Below are positions 43,883-53,169 of a stretch of 64,000 nt of DNA, in pieces. Each line of letters opens with the position of its first letter. The stretch's first letter is position 1. Origin of the DNA: an uncultured Candidatus Saccharibacteria bacterium (GTDB lineage: Bacteria > Patescibacteriota > Saccharimonadia > Saccharimonadales > Saccharimonadaceae); NCBI GenBank assembly GCA_947307225.1, contig CAMZIL010000001.1:220120-284119 (forward strand). The letters are read 5' to 3'. The translations under genes were made by a program, and so were the position numbers. Under the pieces are notes generated by a model that saw nothing but the letters and a program-made list of their open reading frames with translations, was not told where the DNA came from and did not search any database.

Positions 43883-44830
43883 ATGAGAGAGCTGATAACG
43901 GTCATTGTCCCGGTATATAATGCTGCGCGCACGATTAAAACATGCGCGAAATGTCTTACGGACCAGAGTTTTGGCGACTATGAAGTTATTTTCGTAAACG
44001 ATGGTTCGACGGATGAGTCTGAGGAGATTTTGAAGCAGATTTGCGCAAAAAATGACAAGTTTCAGTTTGTAACGACCGAGAATGGTGGCGCTGGTGCGGC
44101 GCGAAATGTAGGAATGGATAAGGCGACAGGTGACTATATTTGTTTTGTTGACGCTGATGACGTTATCTCTGAAAACTATTTGAAGCAGTTGCATGATTTG
44201 GCGGTTAAGACAGACGCGGACGTAGTATGCGCAAAATATGCGAAGAATAAAACGGCCGATTTTGAGTTGATTGTCAAAGAGACAGAGGTTATTAGCGGCG
44301 ACAAGGCGATTGATGCCCTGCTCCAGATGAAGATTGATAATGGTCCGGTCGCGAAGCTCTTCAAACGTGATGTGATTGGCAAAAAACGAATGCCGAATTA
44401 CGCTGTGGCGGAAGATTTGTATTTCAATTATGAAGTGTTCAAGGATGCAAAGAAGATTGCAATTAATGACTCCGTAATGTATTCATATTTGATTAAGACC
44501 GGTAGTCTGACAAAGCGATTCTCTCCGGAGAGAATGGGCAGCCTTGAGGCGGTGGAACGAATAAATGATAGCGAGAAGAGCTTTTATTCGAAGGCACGTT
44601 TATTCATGGAGGCGTATTTTATCTGCGAGGCAATTATCCTGGCAAAGGCTACTGAGCAGTATTCGTCTGAGTATGGTATTGTTTGCAACATTCTAGAAAG
44701 AGAGCGCGGAACTATCCTAAGAGATAAGAGGGCGACAAGGCGTCAAAAATTAGTCGCAAGATTGCTGGGTTTTGGGCCAAAACTTGCGGTGAAAGTTACG
44801 ACGGCAAAACAACGCGTAAAGAGGCACTAG
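43883..44830 (+). CDS. Glycosyltransferase family 2
   Basis: 315 aa. Contains ITVIVPVYNAARTI...VIFVNDGSTDES and a DAD (DxD) motif. Confidence 0.85.
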   Translation: MRELITVIVPVYNAARTIKTCAKCLTDQSFGDYEVIFVNDGSTDESEEILKQICAKNDKFQFVTTENGGAGAARNVGMDKATGDYICFVDADDVISENYLKQLHDLAVKTDADVVCAKYAKNKTADFELIVKETEVISGDKAIDALLQMKIDNGPVAKLFKRDVIGKKRMPNYAVAEDLYFNYEVFKDAKKIAINDSVMYSYLIKTGSLTKRFSPERMGSLEAVERINDSEKSFYSKARLFMEAYFICEAIILAKATEQYSSEYGIVCNILERERGTILRDKRATRRQKLVARLLGFGPKLAVKVTTAKQRVKRH

Positions 44831-45885
44831 CTGAGTAGTTTTAGCCAGAGTGGCCCGACTGTTTCAAGAGTATAATAGTCCGCGAGTTCGCGGGCTTTTT
44901 TGCCGCGTGCGACGATATCGTCGGAATGAATATATTGTTTGATTTTATCGGCGAGATCTTTAATGTTGTTTTGCTCTGCAAAAATGATGCAAGATTTGCC
45001 ATGGTCCATCTCTCGTAGGGCTGGGATATCGAAACTGATGACTGGCACGCCGTTGGATAAAGCCTCGATGGCGGCTAGCGAGAAGGATTCGTTGTGCGAT
45101 GAGACGATAAAACCAGAGCACTTCTGCAGCTTTTCTTGGATTTTATCCGTAAAAGGTACGACCGAGACGAGTTTCTCGAGGTGATTTTGATGAATAATGT
45201 CGATGAGTTTGATGTGATCTTCCCCGTCGCCGTAGAGGGTGAGATGCCAAGGAGCGAAGTCGTCTTTGATGAGGCTGATTGCCTCGAGGAGACGGTCGTA
45301 GCCTTTGACGCCAGTTAGGCGACCGGTCGCAACAAGCTCTTTACTCTTGAGTGGAGCGGCAGTTTTTGGGACGCTTGCGAGGATATTTGGGATAACTGCG
45401 ACGTTTTTGACGCCATGTTCGCGGTAGATTTTGGCTGCGTTCTTTGTCAGGACGACGAGCTTGTCTGCGCGACGATAGTAGAAGGTGTTAAAAAATTGGC
45501 GAATCTTGGTGTAGTATTCCCAGGCGGCATGTTCTGTGCAGATGATTTTGCCTTTGAACGCGCGTTTTTGCTGAAGAATCGGCATCGCAATCCAAGGATG
45601 GCAAGTAATGATCGTATCTGACGCGCCATTCTCTTTTACGAGGATGGTTTTTAGAAACTTTTTTAGCTTCTTGCGATCGAGAATGTCGTTGACCGGGTAG
45701 CCACAATGCTCGATTTGAACCTTGTCCGATAGCGGAAAGAACGGCTGCCCTTTCATCGTGTTGATAGAGATGATTTTTACGTTAAAACCGTTCTCGACGA
45801 GGTAATTTGAGATATTGCAAACAACACGTTCGACGCCGCCGACCATGGTAATACAGTTAACGACCCAAGTGATGTTTTTTGCCAT
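44827..45885 (-). CDS. Glycosyltransferase family 4 (GT-B fold)
   Basis: 352 aa. N-terminal GGVERVV motif and a C-terminal E-x7-E-like region (SHNESFSLAAIEALSNGVPVI). Confidence 0.8.
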   Translation of the reverse strand: MAKNITWVVNCITMVGGVERVVCNISNYLVENGFNVKIISINTMKGQPFFPLSDKVQIEHCGYPVNDILDRKKLKKFLKTILVKENGASDTIITCHPWIAMPILQQKRAFKGKIICTEHAAWEYYTKIRQFFNTFYYRRADKLVVLTKNAAKIYREHGVKNVAVIPNILASVPKTAAPLKSKELVATGRLTGVKGYDRLLEAISLIKDDFAPWHLTLYGDGEDHIKLIDIIHQNHLEKLVSVVPFTDKIQEKLQKCSGFIVSSHNESFSLAAIEALSNGVPVISFDIPALREMDHGKSCIIFAEQNNIKDLADKIKQYIHSDDIVARGKKARELADYYTLETVGPLWLKLLS

Positions 45886-45888
45886 ATC

Positions 45889-46377
45889 TTATTGTTCCTT
45901 TTCGTAGAGAGTGAAGTCGTAGGTAAGGTTGCCATCGCTTCCTTGGCCGAGGACTTCTTTTTTATAGAGAGATTTGTCGAATTCTGGAAAGAAAACGTCC
46001 GCATCGGCGTCAGAGGCGTGTACTTCGGTTAGGTAAAGTTTTTTGCAGTGCGGAAGCATCTGTTTGTAAACCATGCCGCCGCCGATAACGAATATTTCGT
46101 TTTCGTCGTTTTCGTGCTTCTTGATGAAGGCGTCAAGATCTGTTACTGGGTTAACATCGTCATCTTTGAGCTCGTCGGCATTCATCGTGAGGACGAAGTG
46201 CTCGCGGTCTGGGAGCTTGCCTGGAAGACTGCGCCAGGTATTTAGGCCCATGAATACTGGATGGCCAAGAGTAGTTTTCTTGAAAAACTGTAAATCGCCA
46301 GGGATTTTAAAGACGAGGCCGCCTCTTTTGCCGAGTTCGCGGTTTTCGCCGACTGCTGCAATGAGAGAAAAACTCAT
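45889..46377 (-). CDS. folA: Dihydrofolate reductase
   Basis: 162 aa. Contains LIAAVGENRELG...IPGDLQFFKKTT..PVFMG..TW.SLP and VIGGGMVY. Overlaps thyA by 1 nt. Confidence 0.9.
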   Translation of the reverse strand: MSFSLIAAVGENRELGKRGGLVFKIPGDLQFFKKTTLGHPVFMGLNTWRSLPGKLPDREHFVLTMNADELKDDDVNPVTDLDAFIKKHENDENEIFVIGGGMVYKQMLPHCKKLYLTEVHASDADADVFFPEFDKSLYKKEVLGQGSDGNLTYDFTLYEKEQ

Positions 46378-47330
46378 TAAGCTGTCACTTCCATCTTGAT
46401 TACGCCCTGATGTTCGTAATCGATAAGTTTAATATCCTTGAGGTCTTTGCTGCTGTCGAACTTGAAGAAGTCTTTGATGTCTGGATTGATCCAAAGCTTT
46501 GGTGCATCAAAGAGTTTTCCGTCTTTGGCGAGCTTTTCGTCGCGGCGGCGGAGCTGTTCTTTGATACCGTCAATCTGGTTTTCGTAGATGTGAGCGTCGT
46601 TGATGACGTAAGTCATTTGGCCGGCTTCCATGCCAACGGTCTGAGCGATAAGATGGCAAAGAACGGCGTATTGCGCGACGTTGAATGGCATGCCGAGAGG
46701 AACATCGTTCGAGCGGACGGTGACCATCATGTTTAGACGTGGCTTCTTGCTGCCGACATGAGAAACGTGCCACTGAGTGTTCCAGACGCAGCTAGGAAGT
46801 GCGGCGGTTGGGAGCCATTCATTCTGCCAGAGGGACATAATCATACGGCGGTTGCCGGGGTTAGTCTTGAGGGTTTCAATGAGGCTCTGAGTGAGCTGAT
46901 AACGGTTAACGATCCAGCCGTAGGCAGTGCCGATAGTGTGGGCGAATTCTTTTGGATCCCATTCGCGGCCCTGATATTTGCCGTCTTCTGGGATTTCCCA
47001 TTCGTCCCAAATCTTGATGCCACGATCATGAAGCCAGCGGACATCATTGCTCTGCTGCTGGTAAATCCAGAGCATTTCAAGCACGGCGGTTTTGAAGGCG
47101 ACGAACTTGGTGGTAAGAATTGGGAATTCCTCAGAAAGGTCGAACTGGAGGATTTGATGAGGAAGGCGGATGGTGGCGGACTGAAGAGCGCCTTGTGCGG
47201 CGTGATCTGGAATGTTATTTTTGGCGCCACTATCTTTACGCTTGTCGGTGGTTGCGTAGTTTACGACACGCTCGCCGTTCTTTAGAATACGCTCGCAGAG
47301 ATCGAGGTATTGCTCGTCAAATTTACTCAT
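46377..47330 (-). CDS. thyA: Thymidylate synthase (ThyA type)
   Basis: 317 aa. Contains QYLDLCERILKNG, RRMIMSLWQ, the active-site LPSCVW (Cys) and DAHIYENQ. Carries an N-terminal insertion relative to compact ThyA proteins. Confidence 0.9.
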   Translation of the reverse strand: MSKFDEQYLDLCERILKNGERVVNYATTDKRKDSGAKNNIPDHAAQGALQSATIRLPHQILQFDLSEEFPILTTKFVAFKTAVLEMLWIYQQQSNDVRWLHDRGIKIWDEWEIPEDGKYQGREWDPKEFAHTIGTAYGWIVNRYQLTQSLIETLKTNPGNRRMIMSLWQNEWLPTAALPSCVWNTQWHVSHVGSKKPRLNMMVTVRSNDVPLGMPFNVAQYAVLCHLIAQTVGMEAGQMTYVINDAHIYENQIDGIKEQLRRRDEKLAKDGKLFDAPKLWINPDIKDFFKFDSSKDLKDIKLIDYEHQGVIKMEVTA

Positions 47331-48381
47331 TTTCCTCCTTTAGTATTGCTATTGTTTCTTCCAAACGTTGTTTTATTGGAACGACAGATTCCCACCCGAG
47401 TTCTTTTAGTTTTGAAGCGTCGAGGATGGCTTTTGTTGCAGTCGAATAGCCTTTCCTTTCGGATTCATCAGGTAAATCAAATACGACTTTTGTGCCCGCG
47501 ATTTCAGCTAAGGTTTCAGCGAGCTCTTTTAGAGTGATATTTTGTTTGTCGCTAGCAATATTGTAGGCTTCGCCATTTACGCCATTGATCATACAGAAGA
47601 TGATAGCGCTGACGATATCGCTGACGTATAGATATGAAAAATACTGGCTGCCTTCACTTTTTAGAACGATGTCCTCGCTATTGAGGCTGTTCTTAATGAA
47701 TTGAGAGCTTGCTTTCGTGTCGCTCATAAGCATCGTTGGCCCAAAGACGCGCGACAAGCGTGGAATGACGACATCTAGATCATATTGCTGCTTGTATGCT
47801 TGGCAGAGAGCTTCGCCGCAGCGTTTACTTTCCGGATAACCGGCGCGGAGCGTGTTGCTGTCGATGTAGCCGAGATATTTCTCGTCGAATTTTTCGACAT
47901 CGCCACGGTTTTCGCCGTATACTTCTACGGACGATAAGAAGATAAAGCGAGCATGGTGATCAGCGGCTATTTTTGCCATATTGTTAGTGCCGGTGATGTT
48001 TGTCTCGATCGTGCTTACTGGGTAGGTAGAGTATGCGAGTGGATGAGTATTGCTTGCGGCATGGATAACATAATCGATGCCTCTGTCAGGAAGGTTGATT
48101 TTATTGTCATTAATATCGGATTCGACAAAGATGAAGTTTTCATTTTCAAAGCAATCCGGGAAGCGTTTTTTGGCTTTTTCGGCATTTCTGCCGAGGGCTA
48201 TAATCGTGCAGTTTAGAGATTGCTGCTCATTCTGGCGCATGACTAGGTCGATAAGATATTTACCGATCATACCGGTGGCGCCAGAGATAAGAATAGTCTT
48301 ATCTTTTAGTTTTGATACGAATGGGCTGCTTTTTGCGCATTCATCAAGATTTTGTTGGTAGGTAGTCATTATTTGAGCCAA
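47323..48381 (-). CDS. NAD(P)-dependent SDR-family epimerase/dehydratase/reductase
   Basis: 352 aa. Rossmann motif ILISGATGMIGKYL and catalytic YPESK (YxxxK). Overlaps the cytidylyltransferase gene by 13 nt. Confidence 0.75.
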   Translation of the reverse strand: MAQIMTTYQQNLDECAKSSPFVSKLKDKTILISGATGMIGKYLIDLVMRQNEQQSLNCTIIALGRNAEKAKKRFPDCFENENFIFVESDINDNKINLPDRGIDYVIHAASNTHPLAYSTYPVSTIETNITGTNNMAKIAADHHARFIFLSSVEVYGENRGDVEKFDEKYLGYIDSNTLRAGYPESKRCGEALCQAYKQQYDLDVVIPRLSRVFGPTMLMSDTKASSQFIKNSLNSEDIVLKSEGSQYFSYLYVSDIVSAIIFCMINGVNGEAYNIASDKQNITLKELAETLAEIAGTKVVFDLPDESERKGYSTATKAILDASKLKELGWESVVPIKQRLEETIAILKEENE

Positions 48382-49100
48382 TCTGGTTTTTTAGTTTTAA
48401 GAATAGCTGTGAACAGTTCAATATCTGCAGTGGTGGTCAGCTTGATATTACGGTCGGAACCGCTGGCAAGATGAAGCGTTTTCCCGAGCTCAACCATCAT
48501 TGTGTTGACGTATGAAGAATTGCCAACACCGATGTTTTTTGCGTAGGCTTCGTCATATGCTTCGCTGACTTCTCCAAATTTGTATGCCTGAGGAGTCGAA
48601 ACACGTCTGAGGTTATCGCGAGGAATGTATTCAGTGGTGGTTTTTGAATCGTTTTCGTCTACCTTAAAGATTTGCTCATTGTATGGAAGAGAGGTTACGC
48701 CGTTTCCGAACTCTTCGCAGGTTGCAATTACGTCTGACAAGACAAAGTCGTCAACTAGTGGGCGGACGCCGTCGTGAATGACTACGATGTCATCTGAATC
48801 GGCGCCGTTGTCGCGGAGTTTTTTGATGCCCATATAAATCGACTCTTGGCTAGTTTCTCCTGGCTTTGCGATGTATTTCAATTTAGTGATTCCAAATTGT
48901 TTAGCATATGCCTCGAGAATACTCTCCCAACCTTCGCGGCAAACAACTTCGATTTCGTCGATTTTTGGATGATTCTGGAAAGCCTCTAGGGTATAAATGA
49001 TGATCGGTTTGTCTTCGACGTTGATAAACTGTTTTGGAATGTCTTGGCCCATACGGTTACCGGAACCGCCGGCGAGAATAATAGCGATTGTCTTGCTCAT
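48369..49100 (-). CDS. IspD/TarI-family cytidylyltransferase (candidate CDP-alditol synthase)
   Basis: 243 aa. The N-terminus AIILAGGSGNRMGQDIPKQF is the IspD/TarI signature. Confidence 0.8.
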   Translation of the reverse strand: MSKTIAIILAGGSGNRMGQDIPKQFINVEDKPIIIYTLEAFQNHPKIDEIEVVCREGWESILEAYAKQFGITKLKYIAKPGETSQESIYMGIKKLRDNGADSDDIVVIHDGVRPLVDDFVLSDVIATCEEFGNGVTSLPYNEQIFKVDENDSKTTTEYIPRDNLRRVSTPQAYKFGEVSEAYDEAYAKNIGVGNSSYVNTMMVELGKTLHLASGSDRNIKLTTTADIELFTAILKTKKPDWLK

Positions 49101-49176
49101 GATACTCCTACGTTATATGTATAGTATAACAGAGATTAGAGTAGAGCAGCAGATGCACTAGTGGTAAAATCAAAGT

Positions 49177-50424
49177 ATGGGTATAAAAGAAAAAATTCCT
49201 TTTTATGATTCTTTAGTAATTCCTTATCATGTGGGCAAGGCGGCTCTGTTCGGCACGCTGAAGGGCTTCCCCGGTAAGCGCATGACCGTTATTGGTGTGA
49301 CTGGCACGAATGGCAAGACGACGACGTCGTTTATGATCTGGAAGATGCTCAATAATTCTGGCCGTAAGGCGGGCGTTATGACCACTGTTGGTTGGGGCGT
49401 CGATGAGATCCATGAACAAATGGAACACATGACAACGGTCGACGTTAATCTGTTGAATGAGCGCATCAAGAAAATTGCAGATGCGGGCGCCGAATATCTT
49501 GTCCTAGAGCTTACGAGCCATGCCCTTTCGCAGCACCGTGATCTTGGTATTCCAATTGACGTGGCTGTGATGACGAATGTGACGCACGAGCACCTAGATT
49601 ATCACAAGACATTCGAGCGTTATCGCGACGCAAAACGTAAATTATTCAAGAAAGCGAAGTTCGGTATTATTAACGCCGACGATCCTTCGGCAGGATACTT
49701 TGAGAGTGATGTCGAGAAACACGTTACTTATGGCATTAAATATGGCGATCTGAAGGCGGAGAAGATAAAGCTTCGTCCAGATGGCGTAGAATATGTGACC
49801 TCTGATGGCCTGAAGGTGAAAACTCGTATTGCGGGCCAGTTTAATGTTTCTAATTCCCTCGCCTGCGTAGCAGTTGGCCGTCGTTTGGGGCTTTCTGACA
49901 AGGAAATTGCGGACGGCATCTATGCCCTGACAGAGGTAGAGGGCCGTATGGTAAAGATTGACGAAGGACAAGATTTCACGGCAATCATGGATTATGCGCA
50001 TACGCCGGATGCATTCGAAAAGCTTCTCCCAGATATGAAGAAAGCGACGACTGGCCGTTTGATCGTGATGTTTGGTTCGGCTGGCGGTCGACGTGATCCG
50101 TCAAAACGTAAACCGATGGGCGTAATTGCTGGTAAATATGCTGATATTGTAGTCCTAACAGAGGAAGATGACCGTGATACTCCTGGTGAAGAAATCCTCG
50201 AGATGATCGCTGAGGGCGCACGCGAGAGCGGCAAGAAAGATGGCAAAGATTTGATTAAGATTTTGGACAGGCCAAGTGCAATTTATGAGGCCTGCAAGAT
50301 GGCAAAGAAAGGTGACACGGTTCTTTTCCTCGGTAAAGGCAATGAAAAAACGATTGAGCGTGCAGATGGCGCACATGCGTATTACGAGTTAGATGAGATA
50401 AAGAAAGCGTTGAAAAAACTATGA
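49177..50424 (+). CDS. Mur-ligase family protein, MurE-like central and C-terminal domains, no N-terminal domain
   Basis: 415 aa. The P-loop GVTGTNGKTTT already appears at about residue 43. MDYAHTPDAFEKLL and FGSAGGRRDPSKRKPMG...VVLTEEDDRD resemble MurE. Confidence 0.65.
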   Translation: MGIKEKIPFYDSLVIPYHVGKAALFGTLKGFPGKRMTVIGVTGTNGKTTTSFMIWKMLNNSGRKAGVMTTVGWGVDEIHEQMEHMTTVDVNLLNERIKKIADAGAEYLVLELTSHALSQHRDLGIPIDVAVMTNVTHEHLDYHKTFERYRDAKRKLFKKAKFGIINADDPSAGYFESDVEKHVTYGIKYGDLKAEKIKLRPDGVEYVTSDGLKVKTRIAGQFNVSNSLACVAVGRRLGLSDKEIADGIYALTEVEGRMVKIDEGQDFTAIMDYAHTPDAFEKLLPDMKKATTGRLIVMFGSAGGRRDPSKRKPMGVIAGKYADIVVLTEEDDRDTPGEEILEMIAEGARESGKKDGKDLIKILDRPSAIYEACKMAKKGDTVLFLGKGNEKTIERADGAHAYYELDEIKKALKKL

Positions 50425-51356
50425 GCAAAGTAGCAGTATTAATTCCTTGTTGGAATGAAGCAGTAACTGTCGAGAAGGTTGTAAAGGACTTCAAGAAGGC
50501 TTTGCCTTCGGCAGAAATCTATGTTTACGACAATAACTCTACTGACGATACGGTTAAAAAGGCGAAGGCTGCCGGCGCAATCGTGCGCTATGAGCACAAA
50601 CAAGGCAAAGGCAACGTTGTGCGCAGAATGTTCCGCGAGATTGATGCGGATGCATATATTTTGGTTGATGGCGACGACACCTACCCAGCCGAAGCAGCTC
50701 AATCGATGATAGATGCTGTTTTGAAAGATGGCGCAGATATGGTTGTCGGCGATCGTTTGTCTTCGACATATGCGAAGGAAAATAAGCGCATGTTCCATAA
50801 CTTTGGCAATGACTTAGTGCGCTTTTCGATTAACCACATTTTTAAGTCAAACATTCGCGATGTGATGACTGGTTATCGTGCGTTTAGCTATCAGTTTGTG
50901 AAGACCTTCCCTGTTCTCACGAAGAGATTCGAGATTGAGACAGAGATGACGATTCATGCGGTCGATAAAAATATGCAGATTGAAAATATTGTTGTCGAGT
51001 ATCGCGATAGGCCAGCTGGTAGTGAATCGAAACTAAATACGATTCCAGATGGCGTAAAGGTACTCTTTACGATTGCGAGCCTGTTTAGAGATTATCGCCC
51101 AGCACGCTTTTGGGGCTTTGTGGCCGGAGCGATGTATCTGTTGGCGATTATCTTTGCTACGCCAGTGTTTATTGACTATTGGAATACTGGTATAGTCGAA
51201 CGCTTCCCGACGCTTATAGTGTGTGGCTTCGTAGTAATTGCAGCGACGCTGTCGCTCTTCGCTGGCTTTATTTTGCAGGCGATTCTGCGCAACAATAGGC
51301 GTGAGTTTGAATTCAAACTTCAGCAAGTTGACCAAGAAAAGAAGAATCGTAAATAA
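50421..51356 (+). CDS. Glycosyltransferase family 2, GtrB/DPM1-like polyprenyl-phosphate glycosyltransferase
   Basis: 311 aa. Contains VAVLIPCWNE...YVYDNNSTDDT and VDGDDTY, plus two C-terminal TM helices. ATGA overlap with 49177..50424. Confidence 0.75.
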   Translation: MSKVAVLIPCWNEAVTVEKVVKDFKKALPSAEIYVYDNNSTDDTVKKAKAAGAIVRYEHKQGKGNVVRRMFREIDADAYILVDGDDTYPAEAAQSMIDAVLKDGADMVVGDRLSSTYAKENKRMFHNFGNDLVRFSINHIFKSNIRDVMTGYRAFSYQFVKTFPVLTKRFEIETEMTIHAVDKNMQIENIVVEYRDRPAGSESKLNTIPDGVKVLFTIASLFRDYRPARFWGFVAGAMYLLAIIFATPVFIDYWNTGIVERFPTLIVCGFVVIAATLSLFAGFILQAILRNNRREFEFKLQQVDQEKKNRK

Positions 51357-51386
51357 AAAAATATCCCCGGAAGGGGATATTTTTTG
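51355..51386. terminator. Bidirectional terminator between 50421..51356 and 51396..52271
   Basis: aaaaaatatcccc-ggaa-ggggatatttttt perfect hairpin with flanking A/T runs. Confidence 0.8.
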
Positions 51387-51395
51387 AGCTATCAA

Positions 51396-52271
51396 TTAGT
51401 TAGATAGTTTGCCGTAGTTGGTCCAAGTGATCTTGGAGACCTTGCCGTTCGTAACCTGGAACTCAAAGCTCTTGTAGTAACCGGCCTTGTAGGTAAGAAC
51501 ATCGTAGCTGCTGTAGCTGTTCTTGTCGGTTGGCTCGCCGAAGGCCTTTAGGAGGTCTGCGCGAGAGCTGCCGAGGTGGATGCCACCGTAGAACTTAATC
51601 TTGGAAAGCTCTGCAGTTAATTCATCTTTGTAAGAAGTGCTAATAGAGTACTTACCGATTTTTGCTTTGCCGACGGTGATATCGCTGCTGGTATCGTTGT
51701 ATGGATAGTAGTCGATGTATGCACCGCTGCTGGACTTTAGGCTGCTGCCGATAAGAATGAGATACTGGTTTGGCTTAACGGTCTTTGCCTTAGCTTCGCT
51801 AGTGACTTTGTAGCCAACGGATTCGAAGTCGCCAACCTTGCTGTTGTAGTCGAATTTTTTGCCGTCGATCTTTAGCCAGTAATTAGAGTTGTCTTTGTAA
51901 GGAGTTGCGCTGGTGACATAGTCGTCATCTTCGTCTTCATCCTCATCTTCATCCTCGTCTTCGTCTTCGTCGTCGTAATCTCCGTCCTCGTCCTCATCCT
52001 CGTCTTCGTCTTCATCTTCATCCTCGTCCTCATCCTCGTCGTCCTTGTCGGCCTTCTTGGTCTTGGAAGAGTTGGTGTCTTTCTTTTCGTCGCCACCCTT
52101 GTTGTTCAAGATAAGGATAGCTGCAACGGTACCACCTGCGATGATGAGCACGGCGATGATAACTGCGATAATGATGCCAACATTAGACTTCTTTGCTGGC
52201 TGATTTGGCGTGCCTGGTGCAGCTGGCGAAGGAGCTGCTGCAGGCTTGCTAAGGATACTTTGATTCTCCAT
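51396..52271 (-). CDS. Membrane-anchored protein with a poly-Asp/Glu tract and a C-terminal beta-rich domain
   Basis: 291 aa. One TM helix (VGIIIAVIIAVLIIAGGTVAAILIL), then about 55 aa of almost pure D/E (DEDEDEDEDEDEDEDEDGDYDDEDEDEDEDEDEDEDDD), then a roughly 170-aa domain. Confidence 0.55.
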   Translation of the reverse strand: MENQSILSKPAAAPSPAAPGTPNQPAKKSNVGIIIAVIIAVLIIAGGTVAAILILNNKGGDEKKDTNSSKTKKADKDDEDEDEDEDEDEDEDEDEDGDYDDEDEDEDEDEDEDEDDDYVTSATPYKDNSNYWLKIDGKKFDYNSKVGDFESVGYKVTSEAKAKTVKPNQYLILIGSSLKSSSGAYIDYYPYNDTSSDITVGKAKIGKYSISTSYKDELTAELSKIKFYGGIHLGSSRADLLKAFGEPTDKNSYSSYDVLTYKAGYYKSFEFQVTNGKVSKITWTNYGKLSN

Positions 52272-52317
52272 TAAAAACTCCTTTGTTATTCGTTAATTGT
52301 ATTATAACTTAAATAAT

Positions 52318-53169
52318 TTAATTTAGCCATAAGCTTACACAGCGAATATAGCCGCCACCTTTTTTGAGTTCGGTGACATCTGGCGTCAGGCAAGTAAGGC
52401 CACGTGCTTCGAGTTCTGCTTGGAGCTTTGGTGCCTTGTTGCTCATGATGACATGCTTGCCAGTGCTGACGAGGTTACAGGCAAAACCGGCCGTGCATTC
52501 GTTGAAGTCGACGATGATTTTATCGAGGTCGTCGAGGGCTTCGATTTGAGCGCGCGAGGCATCATCGAATGCCATCGGGCAGTAGGCGATAGTGTGCTCG
52601 TCGATAACGGAAAGCGCGAGGTCTAGATCATACCAGAAGCTGTCGGCGTGATTAGTGTATGGATTGATGTGCTCTGTGCCGTCTGGATTAAGCTGAGGCT
52701 TGGCGTGGAGCTGGATGAGCGTGAGGCCGAGAGTTTTTGCTGCGAATGCTTGGGCAGCTGGATCGGAGCGATAGCCGGAGCCAGCAAATAGGTAATTGCC
52801 GCAGCGGAGAGAATCGCCCTGCCCTGAGAAAATGTGGCCGTCTGGCACCTCAACGCATTTGTAGCCGAGCGCAGTCAACTGGGCTTTGGCATATGGCTCC
52901 TCGCCTTTGCGCGCCTCTGGGAGGCGTGACATCACGGCGACGCCGTCCTTTACGAGTGCCCAGTTGGCGGTATAGACGCCATCTTGGCAGGATTCTGGCG
53001 CGGCAACTTTGACGATTTCGATGCCGGCTTGTCTAAAGCAATCAACAATAGCGGCGTGTTCGGAACATGCCTTTTTGACGTCGATTTTATCTTTGTTGTA
53101 GTATGGGTTGATTTCGTAGTCGTCTGCAAAAAATTCTGCACCCGAGACTAGGAGTTTTTGATTAATCAT
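52318..53169 (-). CDS. Amidinotransferase-fold enzyme (DDAH/arginine-deiminase superfamily)
   Basis: 283 aa. The C-terminal ...KGGGYIRCVSLWLN carries the superfamily catalytic-Cys motif. The overall alternation matches the repeated beta-beta-alpha-beta propeller of pentein enzymes. Confidence 0.6.
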   Translation of the reverse strand: MINQKLLVSGAEFFADDYEINPYYNKDKIDVKKACSEHAAIVDCFRQAGIEIVKVAAPESCQDGVYTANWALVKDGVAVMSRLPEARKGEEPYAKAQLTALGYKCVEVPDGHIFSGQGDSLRCGNYLFAGSGYRSDPAAQAFAAKTLGLTLIQLHAKPQLNPDGTEHINPYTNHADSFWYDLDLALSVIDEHTIAYCPMAFDDASRAQIEALDDLDKIIVDFNECTAGFACNLVSTGKHVIMSNKAPKLQAELEARGLTCLTPDVTELKKGGGYIRCVSLWLN

